Notes: generated from the letters alone by a model not told the origin. Positions 48,028 through 58,749 are shown, counted from the first letter of the stretch. The stretch is 64,000 bases of DNA from a virus (IMGVR_UViG_3300028048_000039:128001-192000); one strand, 5' to 3'. Program-made: numbers and translations.

Positions 48028-48795
48028 ATGGCAACAATAGGCAAGAAAGACAAGTTCAAGTTCACTGAAGAGTTTATTCAGAAAGCCCTGTCAAGGTGGT
48101 ACTTTTCTCCAAACAGTGTGAAGTACGACATTGACGGGCTCTATGTCTTTAATGATTGGGAGAGTGACAAGATACTTGAAACAAAGTCTGGATACATCTA
48201 TGAGTTTGAGATAAAGGTTTCAAGGGCAGATTTCAAGAATGACTTCAAGCATAAGAAAGAGAAGTATGACAAGTTCAACTTAATCCTTGAAGGGAAAGAA
48301 GATGTCCTTGCCCCAAACTATTTCTCCTATGCCTGCCCAGAGAACTTAATCAGTGAGGAAGAAATACCATCATATGCAGGACTTGTCTATGTCACCGAAG
48401 GCGGAACAATAAAGTATATTAAGAGTCCTACTCTTCTCCATAAGAAGAAGATACTGGATGCTGAACTCAACCTAACGGAGAAGTTCTACTACAACATGGT
48501 TAATTGGAAGAAAAAGGCGCATGACAACCACGAACTCTTGTTAGAGGAAGTAGGATTAAGGGAAGAAAGAAAGAAGATTCCTTATGCCGTTTTAAAGGCA
48601 GAGAATGAAGAGTTGAAAAAGAAATATGAAAGCATCTTTACTGCATATACGATGGTCAATCAGAACTCAATAGAGAACCATCGTTATAATATGCGGTTTG
48701 AGAATCGGTTGTGGGAGAAGTTGAAAGAGGTGTGCCCAGACTTTGACTTGCAGAAGTTTAGGAAAGAATTTGATGATGAGTTTTTTGGAGATTAA
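48028..48795 (+). CDS. PD-(D/E)XK (MmcB-like) nuclease-fold protein
   Basis: 'WESD...YEFEIKVSRADF..DF.', 'PNYFSYACP', 'P.YAGL'. Confidence 0.7.
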   Translation: MATIGKKDKFKFTEEFIQKALSRWYFSPNSVKYDIDGLYVFNDWESDKILETKSGYIYEFEIKVSRADFKNDFKHKKEKYDKFNLILEGKEDVLAPNYFSYACPENLISEEEIPSYAGLVYVTEGGTIKYIKSPTLLHKKKILDAELNLTEKFYYNMVNWKKKAHDNHELLLEEVGLREERKKIPYAVLKAENEELKKKYESIFTAYTMVNQNSIENHRYNMRFENRLWEKLKEVCPDFDLQKFRKEFDDEFFGD

Positions 48796-48831
48796 GAAGA
48801 AAATTTGTATATTTGTAGAAAATTAGGTGTT

Positions 48832-49551
48832 ATGAAGAAATATAAGAATACGGATTCGGATTACAGTTTATTTCCAAACTTGGATGCAGAACAAAAATCT
48901 AATAAGGTTGAAGAAGCATTAGAAGTAATTCGGAAAAAATTAGAAGGAAAACAAACTAAAATGCAGATTAATGATATTAACGATGGGAGGATAAAAAGTT
49001 CTTTTTTAGAGAAAAAGATTCTTCCATTTGTTAAAGAAATTTGTGAGGGAAATAATCTTCCTTATGAAGAAGCAAAAGATAGAGACTTCTGTGATTTTTA
49101 TCTTTATGGTAAACCAGTGAATCTTAAAGTTTCGGCATTGGACGGTGCTGACAATGTTTGTGGGTTGGCGGGCATAGCGTATGCTTTCACTGGCATAAAA
49201 TGCAAAAAGGAAAGTGAAGCAATTAAAATACTTAGTGATTTTGTCGAAAACAATAAAGAAGGTAATCCTGAGAGTGATTATTATTTTTTAATAGTGGCGA
49301 AAGAAAACTTTTTAGGAGATATTTATCCAATACGAGATGTTTTTTATACCTCAGTAAAGCAATTAGCAAATGTTACGCCAAATCCTAGTAATCCACCATT
49401 TCAATGCCATTGGAATAAGAATCGTAATCGAGTAAGACGGACATTTGAAGAGGCAAGAAAATTTATATTTCCAAAAATATCAGAAAGTTATGCCAAGGGT
49501 ATAGCCAAAAAAATAAACATTAAAGAGTTAATGGACGAATGCGGAAAATAA
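48832..49551 (+). CDS. Putative type II restriction endonuclease (HindII/Hpy166II-like)
   Basis: 'DFYL...PVNLKVS', 'DYYFL', 'PNPSNPPFQCHW'; overlaps the downstream MTase. Confidence 0.6.
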   Translation: MKKYKNTDSDYSLFPNLDAEQKSNKVEEALEVIRKKLEGKQTKMQINDINDGRIKSSFLEKKILPFVKEICEGNNLPYEEAKDRDFCDFYLYGKPVNLKVSALDGADNVCGLAGIAYAFTGIKCKKESEAIKILSDFVENNKEGNPESDYYFLIVAKENFLGDIYPIRDVFYTSVKQLANVTPNPSNPPFQCHWNKNRNRVRRTFEEARKFIFPKISESYAKGIAKKINIKELMDECGK

Positions 49552-50711
49552 AAGAATTGGGACAGGTTTTTACGGATGCAGCAATCGTAGATGAAATGCT
49601 CTCCTTGAGACAAAATCAAGGAAGGATACTAGAGCCATCGTGTGGTGATGGTGCATTCTTCAATAAAATACCGAATTGTGTTGGGATAGAACTTGATAGT
49701 GAGATATGTCCTAAGGGGGCAATTTGTATGGATTTTTTTGATTATCCATTAGATGAGAAGTTTGACACGATTATTGGTAATCCTCCATATGTACAGCATA
49801 AATATATTGGACAAGAAACAAAAAGCAAACTTGATATGACATTGTTCAATGAAAAAACGAATTTGTACTTGTTCTTTATTAAAAAATGCGTTGACCATCT
49901 TAATCCGAATGGAGAACTTATTTTTATAGTTCCAAGAGAATTACAAAAAGCAACTTCTGCAACGAAGTTGAACCATTTTCTTTTCGATAATGGTTCATTT
50001 ACATATTTTAGAGAAACTGGTGACGATAAGATTTTTAAAGATGCTTGTCTTAATTGTGTGATATTTAGGTATGTGAAGGGAGACCTATCCCACAAACTTG
50101 ATGACGGAAGAATTTTCAATATAGTTGGTGGTAATATTGTGTTTTCTAAACAAATTGAAAGCGGTATTACCTTACAGGATGTGGCGACAGTAAAGGTTGG
50201 GGAAGTAAGTGGTTGTGATGAGATTTTTGTAAATAATGAATATGGAAATAAGGAATTTGTGTGGTCACAAACAAGGGTTAATGGTACAACAAGGCGAATG
50301 ATATATGAACTACAAATTCCATATCTTAATCAGTTTAAAGATAAACTATTGTCACGAAAGGCAAAAGTTTATACTGAAGATAATTGGTGGACTTGGGTAA
50401 GAACAAATAAGATAGGAAATGAACCTCGTGTATATGTCAATAACAAAACCAGGGTTTCTAAACCATTTTTTACTCATCCTTGTAATAATTTTGATGGTTC
50501 TGTGCTTGGTATATTCCCTAAAAATACATTAATAGACTTAGAGGAATTTAAGGACATGCTTAATGATATTGACTGGGAAAAAATAGGATTTAAGGCTGGA
50601 GAGAGATACCTTTTTTCCCAAAAGAGTTTATCTAACGCACCGCTACCTAATTCGTTTAAAAAATTTTTGCCAAAGGAGAAGGAACTATCGCAACTATCAT
50701 TTGATTTTTAA
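49539..50711 (+). CDS. N6-adenine DNA methyltransferase (gamma class, M.HindII-like)
   Basis: 'LGQVFT', 'LEPSCGDG.F', 'GNPPY', 'NLYLFFI'; resembles, from memory, Helicobacter HindII-type MTases. Confidence 0.9.
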   Translation: MRKIKELGQVFTDAAIVDEMLSLRQNQGRILEPSCGDGAFFNKIPNCVGIELDSEICPKGAICMDFFDYPLDEKFDTIIGNPPYVQHKYIGQETKSKLDMTLFNEKTNLYLFFIKKCVDHLNPNGELIFIVPRELQKATSATKLNHFLFDNGSFTYFRETGDDKIFKDACLNCVIFRYVKGDLSHKLDDGRIFNIVGGNIVFSKQIESGITLQDVATVKVGEVSGCDEIFVNNEYGNKEFVWSQTRVNGTTRRMIYELQIPYLNQFKDKLLSRKAKVYTEDNWWTWVRTNKIGNEPRVYVNNKTRVSKPFFTHPCNNFDGSVLGIFPKNTLIDLEEFKDMLNDIDWEKIGFKAGERYLFSQKSLSNAPLPNSFKKFLPKEKELSQLSFDF

Positions 50712-50724
50712 AATTAAGTATATT

Positions 50725-51015
50725 ATGGATTATAGTTTGAATGAGAGTTTTATCTGTAATAGATGCAGAAATCTCTGTAAGGGTCCTTGTGATGGGCTGG
50801 TCCAGGAAATAATGGAAGGTCACATTACAGCAGAGAACCAGGATTTGGTTGGAAGAAAACAGAGGATTGTATGTCTTGGAAAATACTGCGAGAACCCTTG
50901 CAGCGAGCAGGACCTTACACAATATTCTGAAGTAGATTTAACACCGTTCCTCAACCTTATAAAATACTTAGGAAACAAGTGTAATGAATTAATAGAAGAA
51001 AAAAACAAGAAATAG
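50725..51015 (+). CDS. Cys-rich hypothetical protein, paralog 2 (see 12413)
   Basis: Near-identical to 12413. Confidence 0.75.
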   Translation: MDYSLNESFICNRCRNLCKGPCDGLVQEIMEGHITAENQDLVGRKQRIVCLGKYCENPCSEQDLTQYSEVDLTPFLNLIKYLGNKCNELIEEKNKK

Positions 51016-51017
51016 TT

Positions 51018-51743
51018 ATGAGTGTAAGTTTATATTGTTATTTGGAAGTAAAGGACAAGAAAGGAAAGTGGCACCTCGTTAAGACATTTGGGAATAAGAA
51101 GTTCGATGACTCGCCGAAGGATGAGAATGAACAGGAAGTGTCAGTTGGCGGAGAAGAATATAGAACAACCAATGAATGGTCCCCAGGACTTGCTTGGAGA
51201 GATGAATTGTATCACGGTGTGTATCACGGTGAGTTCGGAACCAAGGGTCTTCCCGGTGACATCAGTCCAGAATTGTTTGAACTGATTGAAGGCGAGAGAC
51301 TTTCAGCGCTTGAGAATTGGAAGAAGAGTAAGGAAGAAGGAAAGATATGGGGTAGCGAAAGTTGGTATGAGCAGGAAAACTATCATGGGAGATATGCATA
51401 TGCCATTCTTAAGGACATGTTTGCCATATGTGAGGAAAAGGAGAAGGAATGGAGAAAGACTACGATTGATAGAATTAAGAAATTGAGAGAAGACGGCATC
51501 ACGAAAAAGCTCGACTGGATTATCGAGAAACTTTCCAATCCTGAGAAGAAACAGAAGGCAATTAACGAAGAAAAAGAGGAAGGAGACTACGAAGAAACAC
51601 TTAACTACTATTTAGATGAATGGTTATGGGAAGTAATTTCACTCTACAGAGAGACCTGGATGCTTAAAGACCTTGCTGAAGCATACACAGGTGACGATTG
51701 GTTTGATAGTAAAAATGTGAGAGTGATTTACCATACCTATTAA
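51018..51743 (+). CDS. Hypothetical protein
   Basis: 'KGLP.DISPE' phage-type motif. Confidence 0.7.
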   Translation: MSVSLYCYLEVKDKKGKWHLVKTFGNKKFDDSPKDENEQEVSVGGEEYRTTNEWSPGLAWRDELYHGVYHGEFGTKGLPGDISPELFELIEGERLSALENWKKSKEEGKIWGSESWYEQENYHGRYAYAILKDMFAICEEKEKEWRKTTIDRIKKLREDGITKKLDWIIEKLSNPEKKQKAINEEKEEGDYEETLNYYLDEWLWEVISLYRETWMLKDLAEAYTGDDWFDSKNVRVIYHTY

Positions 51744-51773
51744 TAATAATAAATAAAAAAAGGAATAATTGAC

Positions 51774-52154
51774 ATGGAAAACATATTTGAGGAAGCGAGA
51801 AGGATTATTTCAAAACTGATAGATGAGAAGAAAGTTTCCGGGGATGAAGCACTCATCCTTATGGAAGCCCTCATCTGTAATGGTGGCGAATGTACTTGGG
51901 GCGAGAAAGAACATGTGGAGAAGGCTTCAACTGAAGTTACCGAGGAGAAGAGACCAGAGAAAATTCCGGAAACCTTTGACGAGTGGAAGAATTACCCAAA
52001 TGGTTACACAGTCATTGATGATAGAGGTGTCTACACTGACCCAATTACCGGAAAGTCTTATCCACAGCACAGTTACAAGTACATACAGAACCCATACAAC
52101 CCTATCAGGACCTATCTCGATGGGAAAAAGATAACAGAGAATTCGCATAATTAA
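51774..52154 (+). CDS. Hypothetical protein
   Basis: 126-aa ORF. Confidence 0.65.
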   Translation: MENIFEEARRIISKLIDEKKVSGDEALILMEALICNGGECTWGEKEHVEKASTEVTEEKRPEKIPETFDEWKNYPNGYTVIDDRGVYTDPITGKSYPQHSYKYIQNPYNPIRTYLDGKKITENSHN

Positions 52155-52160
52155 GAAATT

Positions 52161-52313
52161 ATGACATTAATTAACAAAGAAGACAAAAGGATTAAGGTAA
52201 TTGTACCAAAGGATAAGATTACAATTAAGAAACGATACGCCAGGGTGGTCGATATCTTCGACGTATTCAGATTTGATGAATGGGACCTGGTGGAAGATGA
52301 AGAGAATTCCTGA
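52161..52313 (+). CDS. Stand-alone family F N-module (MTLINK...WDLVED)
   Basis: 50 codons resembling the F N-terminus. Confidence 0.5.
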   Translation: MTLINKEDKRIKVIVPKDKITIKKRYARVVDIFDVFRFDEWDLVEDEENS

Positions 52314-52397
52314 CGAAATTGTCGGGAATTTTTGTTTTTAAGAAAATTTTTGTATATTTACAGTGTAAATTTGATTATTAATTTAAAACATTATTTT

Positions 52398-53276
52398 ATG
52401 AGTACAATGATTAGTTTTAGAGATAACAATATCTCCGAGAAATTTCTTACGAATGACGAAGTTAAGCGGCTTTGCCCATCAGCATTTAAGACTGCTCCTA
52501 CAAATCCAGATGTTTCTGAAAAATATACCTATGCGAACACAGCTACGGTAATCAATGACCTTGAGAAACTTGGTTGGAGGCCGGTACAGGCAAAGCAGTG
52601 TAGAAAGAAGGAAGGCTCTAAGGGAATTAGAAGCTTCCATATGATTGCACTGCAAAACGAGAATGTGAAAATAGTAGACAGAGATAAGGATGGTGGGGAA
52701 ACCATCGATTCATACCCAAGAATAATACTCACCAACAGTCACGATGGTTTTAACTCGTTCATGTTCAGGGTTGGATTGATACGTTTATGCTGCAGTAATG
52801 GACTTTGTGTTGGTGATAGTATGTTGTCAGAATTTTCAATTCGTCACATAAATTATACATTTGAACGACTTAGGGAAGTGGTTAGTAAGGTTATTGAAAA
52901 TATACCGAACATTGTTAATACAATGAACCGCATGAAAAAAGTAATCCTTAATGACGAACAAAAGCATAATATTGCAAAAGAAATGATTAAAATTAGGAAA
53001 GGTATTGGCCTTAATGCAAAGGTCGATGTTGATGACGACACTATTTCTGATATTCTAACCCCACTTAGACCTGAAGATGATGGCAATAGCCTCTGGAACG
53101 TTTTTAATGTTTGTCAGGAAAAGATGACTAAGGGGTTGTTTTCTCTTCCAGGAAAAAATAATAAGTACCGCAAACAACGAAGGATAACGTCAATTAAGAG
53201 GGATATAGACTACAATTCAAGATTATGGGATGTAGCGGCCAAATATCTTCCTGAATATGTAACCGTAGATGCGTAA
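52398..53276 (+). CDS. DUF932/DUF945 family protein
   Basis: 'S.KY....T..VI..L...GW', 'LTNSHDG..SF.F..G..RL.CSNGL', 'LWNVFN..QE'. Confidence 0.8.
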   Translation: MSTMISFRDNNISEKFLTNDEVKRLCPSAFKTAPTNPDVSEKYTYANTATVINDLEKLGWRPVQAKQCRKKEGSKGIRSFHMIALQNENVKIVDRDKDGGETIDSYPRIILTNSHDGFNSFMFRVGLIRLCCSNGLCVGDSMLSEFSIRHINYTFERLREVVSKVIENIPNIVNTMNRMKKVILNDEQKHNIAKEMIKIRKGIGLNAKVDVDDDTISDILTPLRPEDDGNSLWNVFNVCQEKMTKGLFSLPGKNNKYRKQRRITSIKRDIDYNSRLWDVAAKYLPEYVTVDA

Positions 53277-53688
53277 TGGTATGGAAGAGTTGCTGTTATT
53301 CCCCAACGAGGAAAACGATGAATGGATTAATAGGTACAATGAACTTGTAGTTGAAGTAAAGGCAAAGGAAGCCGAGAACAAGGCCCTCAAGGAGGCCCAA
53401 CCAAAGAGGAATGATAAGGAACCATCCATTTGGTCTGGTGAAAGCATTGGCATCCATCACATCATTCCAAAGAAAATTCGTCCAGACCTTGTAAAGGATA
53501 AGAACAACTTACTCTATGTATCGATTGCAGACCATTGTCGTCTTCATTACTATCTATGGAAGTCAAATCCAATTTACGCCAAGCACTTCTGGTTCATCCT
53601 GATTGCTGCAAGGAAATGGGGCTGGTGGGACTTGCCAGGTGGTGATGAAGAATATGAAATGATTAAAAATGACTTAAAGAAGAAATAA
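53269..53688 (+). CDS. HNH-type nuclease domain protein
   Basis: 'HHIIPK...NNL..V...DH...H..L'. Confidence 0.6.
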   Translation: MRNGMEELLLFPNEENDEWINRYNELVVEVKAKEAENKALKEAQPKRNDKEPSIWSGESIGIHHIIPKKIRPDLVKDKNNLLYVSIADHCRLHYYLWKSNPIYAKHFWFILIAARKWGWWDLPGGDEEYEMIKNDLKKK

Positions 53689-53796
53689 ATCTTATGCGGG
53701 TAGTCGCCTATGGGTAGGAAATCCTCACTAATTTAGTGGGGTTTTTCTTTTATTAACTACTATTTATTATATAATAAAAGAGTATTTTAGTTAGGG

Positions 53797-55932
53797 ATGA
53801 AAACTTATATTACAGAGAGCGATATAAAGAACATGGTTTCTGAGTGTGTGAGGCTTCTTACTGAGGATGCCGAGAGCAAGAATATGAATCGTGCAAGGAA
53901 GTATCTTGAGGCAAATGGTGTTGAGACACATGAAGAAAGGCATAAGATAATTACAGATGTTCGTGAAGAAGTCCCTAATGCAAGGCTCTTAAATTGTAAA
54001 TTCCTCTTGGGCGTCACTAGGATGTACTTCGAAAATCAACTTACCCCAAAGGTCACTGCAATGCTTAACAAAGCTCTCGAAGTCATTGTAACACAAGGGC
54101 ATGAAGGAGAATTTGACTTTAATCTCAATGGCGAAACTGCTGTTTCACTTGTTAATAAATTCAAAGATGAAATACAGAGACTGCTCGATGCTGATAAGGA
54201 GAGAGCAGATGGAACGAAGAGGAAGAGAAATGAAGATTACACGATAATACCAATAAACAGCACCCGTGAGGCTTCGAGATACAGCAGATACACAAGTTGG
54301 TGTGTTACCACAAGTCAGGATATGTATAATAGGTACACAAATGAAGGGCTCGGAAGGTTCTATTTCTGCCTCAGGAAGGGATTTGAGACTGAAACTAGGA
54401 TTCATGGCGATGGTTGTCCTCTTGATAGCTATGGATTATCAATGATTGCAGTCTCAATTAATATGGATGGTTCTGTAAATACCGTAACATGTAGATGGAA
54501 CCATGACAATGGTGGAAATGACCATATTATGACCGTTGAACAGCTTGAAGACCTCCTTGGTGTTAATTTCTATCAAACATTCCTTCCATATACAAAGGAA
54601 GAACTTCATGCAAAGGGCGCCATCTCATTTGAAGATATTCAAGAAATGTTGGACAAGAAAGACCCTGCCATATGGAAAAATGTTCATGATTACATTGGGG
54701 ATTATAAGATAATAACTTTCCAAAGGAAGAGAAACTTCATTAATCCAGAGGGTAAGTTAATGATGCCGATTTGGGCTAATGCGACCGAAGAGGAGGGCCT
54801 TATGACTAGACAAGAGAAGACAATTGATAGACCAATTGTTATTTGGGTTGGTGAAAAGAGAAATTTCTTCTCGCTGAAAAAGGGAAGGTTAATATATGGT
54901 AACTTTGCTAACATTGATGGTTGGTTTACCTATACTGGTGTTTTCCGGGAAGTTAATGGTGTTGCTGAGGTAAGGAAGAACGGCAAGAGCAACTTATTAA
55001 CCACAGTTGGTACATTCCTCTCCGATGTTTGGTTTGATAGGATTATAGATGTTAGGAAAACTGCTGCCGTTATAGGGATAGGTGAACATAAAAATATATT
55101 CTACTTTAAAGATAAGAGTGTATTATTTGGTTCCATAGATAACCCAGAAGCATGGCCACGTGATGTTTCCATAACTGATAATGGTTCAATTATAGTGGTT
55201 AATGCTGAGGGAAAACAGAACATCTATGACCCAGAGAAGAAGAGATTCATTTCTGAAGTATGGGCTGACTCTGTTTATGAAATTGGAGAAGGTCATTATA
55301 AGGTGACTGACAGGACGGAAACGGAAAATGGCAATTACAGGTACGTTTCAAACATCGTTAACGGAACGACAGGAGAATTAATGTACGGAAGAAGTGATAA
55401 TCCTAATACCTGGCTTGACCTTGTTCATAAGTTTGTTGATGGTCTCTGTGTCATTAAGAAGGGAGGAAAGTCTAATTATATTAATAGAGACGGTAAGGTA
55501 GTCTTTGGTGAGAAAGATGACCCTAGGACTTGGTTTGACCATGCATTTAATCTTGAGGACGATGGCCAATCTGGAAGTTGCGCTGCCGTCTTTAAGGATA
55601 ATATGTTCAACATCATTGATAATAAAGGACGATTATTCTTTGGTAATCCTAATGATACAAGCACCTGGCTTGATGATGTATCATATGATATGATTAACTT
55701 TGGCGTCTTGGTTGTAAGCAAAAATAACATGTTTAACTTTATGTTGAACAAATATCCAGGAGAAGTTCTCTTTGGTGAAAAGGAGAATATAGGTACCTGG
55801 TTTGATAATGCATATTATGGCAGCCATAATGATACCCTCCAAGCATTGGGAAAGACAGTAAATGGTAATGTTGAATGGTATACAGTCAATAATGGCGGAT
55901 TACTAAGAAAAATCAGTTTGTATATAAGTTAG
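53797..55932 (+). CDS. Leader-bearing protein with 'WC' domain and C-terminal WG-like beta repeats
   Basis: 'ITESDIKNMVSECVRLLTE' leader; 'TSWCV..MYNRY'; repeated 'N.I...G...FG...TWFD'. Confidence 0.7.
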   Translation: MKTYITESDIKNMVSECVRLLTEDAESKNMNRARKYLEANGVETHEERHKIITDVREEVPNARLLNCKFLLGVTRMYFENQLTPKVTAMLNKALEVIVTQGHEGEFDFNLNGETAVSLVNKFKDEIQRLLDADKERADGTKRKRNEDYTIIPINSTREASRYSRYTSWCVTTSQDMYNRYTNEGLGRFYFCLRKGFETETRIHGDGCPLDSYGLSMIAVSINMDGSVNTVTCRWNHDNGGNDHIMTVEQLEDLLGVNFYQTFLPYTKEELHAKGAISFEDIQEMLDKKDPAIWKNVHDYIGDYKIITFQRKRNFINPEGKLMMPIWANATEEEGLMTRQEKTIDRPIVIWVGEKRNFFSLKKGRLIYGNFANIDGWFTYTGVFREVNGVAEVRKNGKSNLLTTVGTFLSDVWFDRIIDVRKTAAVIGIGEHKNIFYFKDKSVLFGSIDNPEAWPRDVSITDNGSIIVVNAEGKQNIYDPEKKRFISEVWADSVYEIGEGHYKVTDRTETENGNYRYVSNIVNGTTGELMYGRSDNPNTWLDLVHKFVDGLCVIKKGGKSNYINRDGKVVFGEKDDPRTWFDHAFNLEDDGQSGSCAAVFKDNMFNIIDNKGRLFFGNPNDTSTWLDDVSYDMINFGVLVVSKNNMFNFMLNKYPGEVLFGEKENIGTWFDNAYYGSHNDTLQALGKTVNGNVEWYTVNNGGLLRKISLYIS

Positions 55933-55989
55933 CAAGAAAAATAATTGGTTCAAAGATTACACCTGGCTCAATAAGAAGAAATAACCCAT

Positions 55990-56380
55990 TAGCCCACCAA
56001 TTTCGGTGGTTTTTTATTGAAAAATACCTCAATTTTTGCCCAAAATTTACCATTTTTTACCATAACCAGTTTCCTGAGTGATTTTCAGGAAATTAACTGC
56101 GCAAAATCATTGCGTTCTCTATAAGACCTCAATTCCGGGACAAGACAATCCCCTTCTGAACCCCGTAAAACCCGGTTTTTCCCTACGTAATTCCATTGCG
56201 CACAACATTCTCATTGCGTAGATACGTAATTAATGTGCGTAAAAACCCCTTAAAATGGTCATTTTTGCGTGTGAAGCATTTTCTGAAGTGAAAAAAGAGG
56301 GCCCCTCATTGCATTTCCCGGATTTAACCAGCAACAGGAATAAATCTTGACGGGTTTTTCTTAACTTTCTTCACCTTGCA
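55990..56380 (+). repeat. Non-coding tract with TTGCG and CCGG motif clusters
   Basis: CATTGCG at ~56108, 56194, 56212; CCGG-containing words; no ORF. Confidence 0.5.
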
Positions 56381-56433
56381 TACTATTTATAAGATGTAAT
56401 TACAAAATAATAAAAATAATAAAACGTTAACGT

Positions 56434-56955
56434 ATGACAAAGAAAATAATGATAAATGAGGCGACATTAAAGAAGATTGTTGCTGAATCAGTAAGAAGAG
56501 TCCTCAAGGAGCACGATGACTGGATGATTGGTGACGTTGAAGATGAAGAAACCGATGTCCCATTTGGAGAAGTTAGAAGAAATGTTATCAATGGAAAAAT
56601 CGAACAGCCAAAGGAAATAAAGTATTACCTCAGCATCGTCTACAGAGATATTGTAAAGGACAGAAACTTTAATCGTTGGTATGGTCAGGGATACAATGAT
56701 GACCTGAAGGTTATTAAGGACCTTGCACTTAGCTATGTTAGTGGCTGGAAGAGACAGGCATACATCTACGCTTACAAGAAGATGATAGACTTTAAGAAGA
56801 TTGTAAATGCCGCTGCTGAGGAACAGGGTGTTACAAAAGTTCCAATTGACAAGGGCGAAGCAAAACCTGACATCAGAGAGTCAAGAAAGGCCAAGAAGTC
56901 AAGAAAGAAGGTTAATGAGGGCCTTAAGAAGAGAATGATGAAAAATCGCAAGTAA
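56434..56955 (+). CDS. Leader-bearing small protein
   Basis: 'INEATLKKIVAESVRRVLKE'; CTATTTAT upstream; own terminator 57001-57036. Confidence 0.75.
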   Translation: MTKKIMINEATLKKIVAESVRRVLKEHDDWMIGDVEDEETDVPFGEVRRNVINGKIEQPKEIKYYLSIVYRDIVKDRNFNRWYGQGYNDDLKVIKDLALSYVSGWKRQAYIYAYKKMIDFKKIVNAAAEEQGVTKVPIDKGEAKPDIRESRKAKKSRKKVNEGLKKRMMKNRK

Positions 56956-57092
56956 TCATCCAATGAGACTAAAAGAGACATTGTTTAAACATAGAGAGAG
57001 TCCCACCAGGAATTTCCTGATGGGATTTTCTTTTTTAACTTATTTTTTGTATATTAAGAGCAAAATCAAATAATGATGATGAATGAAAGATT

Positions 57093-57470
57093 ATGACAAG
57101 GGAGGAGGCGAGACAATATTATAACAACACCGAACTAGGATGGATTAGGGAAGGTAACTTTTCAAATAAGGCAGAGAATATCATTGACGTGGTGCTTTAC
57201 CTTAATGAACAGGGGAGGTTGGATGAGATGATGCCTGAGGTGGAAGGAAGAAGCGGTTTCTTGACAATGCTCAGTCAGGTAATTGTTAACTTAAATAATG
57301 AAATGCCAAGGATAAAAGACATGGAAAAGTTCATCACTTATGTCAGGGAAAGGGCTAAGGAAAGCTATCCAAAGTATGTTGGTATTCCAAATGATTGTGC
57401 TTTAACAGCATTTGACATTAGCAGGGAGTTACGCAAGATAATAAGGAATGATAAGGATGAACAGTTATGA
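57093..57470 (+). CDS. Family G hypothetical protein
   Basis: 'IKDMEKFITY...AKESY'. Confidence 0.65.
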   Translation: MTREEARQYYNNTELGWIREGNFSNKAENIIDVVLYLNEQGRLDEMMPEVEGRSGFLTMLSQVIVNLNNEMPRIKDMEKFITYVRERAKESYPKYVGIPNDCALTAFDISRELRKIIRNDKDEQL

Positions 57471-57850
57471 TGAATGCAAGGGAACTGCTTGACATGTACA
57501 AAGACAAAACCTGTCCAAAAAGTGTATATAATGATAACCTTCAGAATGTGTATGATGCCTTGGAGGAAAATGGGCTTCTTGAAAAGAGAATCTTCGAGGG
57601 AAATCGCACCTTGGCGAAGTTTCTCTTTGAAGTCCTCTGCTGTCTTCAATTTTCTGAAAAGAACTATGGTAAAAAATCATTCCGACTGAAAGACCCAAGG
57701 AAGTTCATAGAATGGGCAACGTCTTTTGCAAAGGAAGAATATCTCTCTCGCATCAATAAAGGACAAGAGTGGGAAGATGCATTGGTTGTCGCCACAGCGG
57801 AGACAATAAAGAAACTATACAATACGCTTCACAATAAGAATAATGATTAA
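57467..57850 (+). CDS. Family G hypothetical protein
   Basis: 'LKDPRKFIEW...AKEEYL'. Confidence 0.7.
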   Translation: MMNARELLDMYKDKTCPKSVYNDNLQNVYDALEENGLLEKRIFEGNRTLAKFLFEVLCCLQFSEKNYGKKSFRLKDPRKFIEWATSFAKEEYLSRINKGQEWEDALVVATAETIKKLYNTLHNKNND

Positions 57851-57956
57851 AGAACCATAGGAAAGAGATAATTGCCCGTTGGATTATTCTCTAACGGGTT
57901 TTTTTGTCTCTGACTGCTATTTATATTAAAAATAATAGATAAAAGATAAAAGAGAC

Positions 57957-58367
57957 ATGACAAAGGTTAAGAAAATAAAGATAAATGAAGCAACATTGAA
58001 CAAGATTGTTGCTGAAAGCGTAAAGAAGGTTTTATCAGAAGTAACAGACTATGGAAATAATATATTTGGTAGTGGCAATATGAATCCAACATATAAAGAA
58101 AACCATGGGGTTGATAGAGATGAATATTATGAGTTACGTTTTTTAAGAAAAAACATTATTGAAAAATTTGCTAATCCTGAAGACGAGAATCTAAATTATG
58201 CAAAAGATGGAATTAATATCTATTTGTATGGTGATATTGAAGAAAGACAAGATGATTTGCAAAAGATAGAAAAGTATTGTAGTGAGAAGGGGGTTATGTG
58301 TGATTTTAAGAATGTAAAGTATGGGATTAATAATTCTCCTGTTGTGAAAATAACATTTAAGAAATAA
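57957..58367 (+). CDS. Leader-bearing small protein
   Basis: 'INEATLNKIVAESVKKVLSE'; CTATTTAT upstream; terminator 58395-58424. Confidence 0.75.
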   Translation: MTKVKKIKINEATLNKIVAESVKKVLSEVTDYGNNIFGSGNMNPTYKENHGVDRDEYYELRFLRKNIIEKFANPEDENLNYAKDGINIYLYGDIEERQDDLQKIEKYCSEKGVMCDFKNVKYGINNSPVVKITFKK

Positions 58368-58749
58368 TAGGGGGGATATATTAATTGATAATAGAAACGC
58401 ATCCTATTGGGATGCGTTTTTTTATTATAAATGGATTTTTGATGATTTTTAGGGGTGAATTATTGATGGTGAGAAGGGGCTAAAAACCCGTTTCAAACTG
58501 TGTCGTATCTCAATTTTCTTACAAAAAATTTTTTAATTTTCCAAATTTTTTACCCACTTTTTTTACTACAATTATAAATATTTCCCTCCCCATTTCTTCG
58601 CCAATCTTACAGTTTTCAGAAAACACCCCTATCGATGCTAATATTCATCAATCTATTTTTTACCCAACAATTACAATTTCTCATCAAAAGTTTTATTTTC
58701 CTTACAATTCTTAATTTTGCTAAGTGGCAACTTTTCGGCAAATGACATT

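Noticed and set aside
12413-53688. Integron or shufflon explanation for the cassette array
   Set aside because: No integrase/invertase in the window, no attC-like palindromes between genes, and repeats are direct and mostly intragenic
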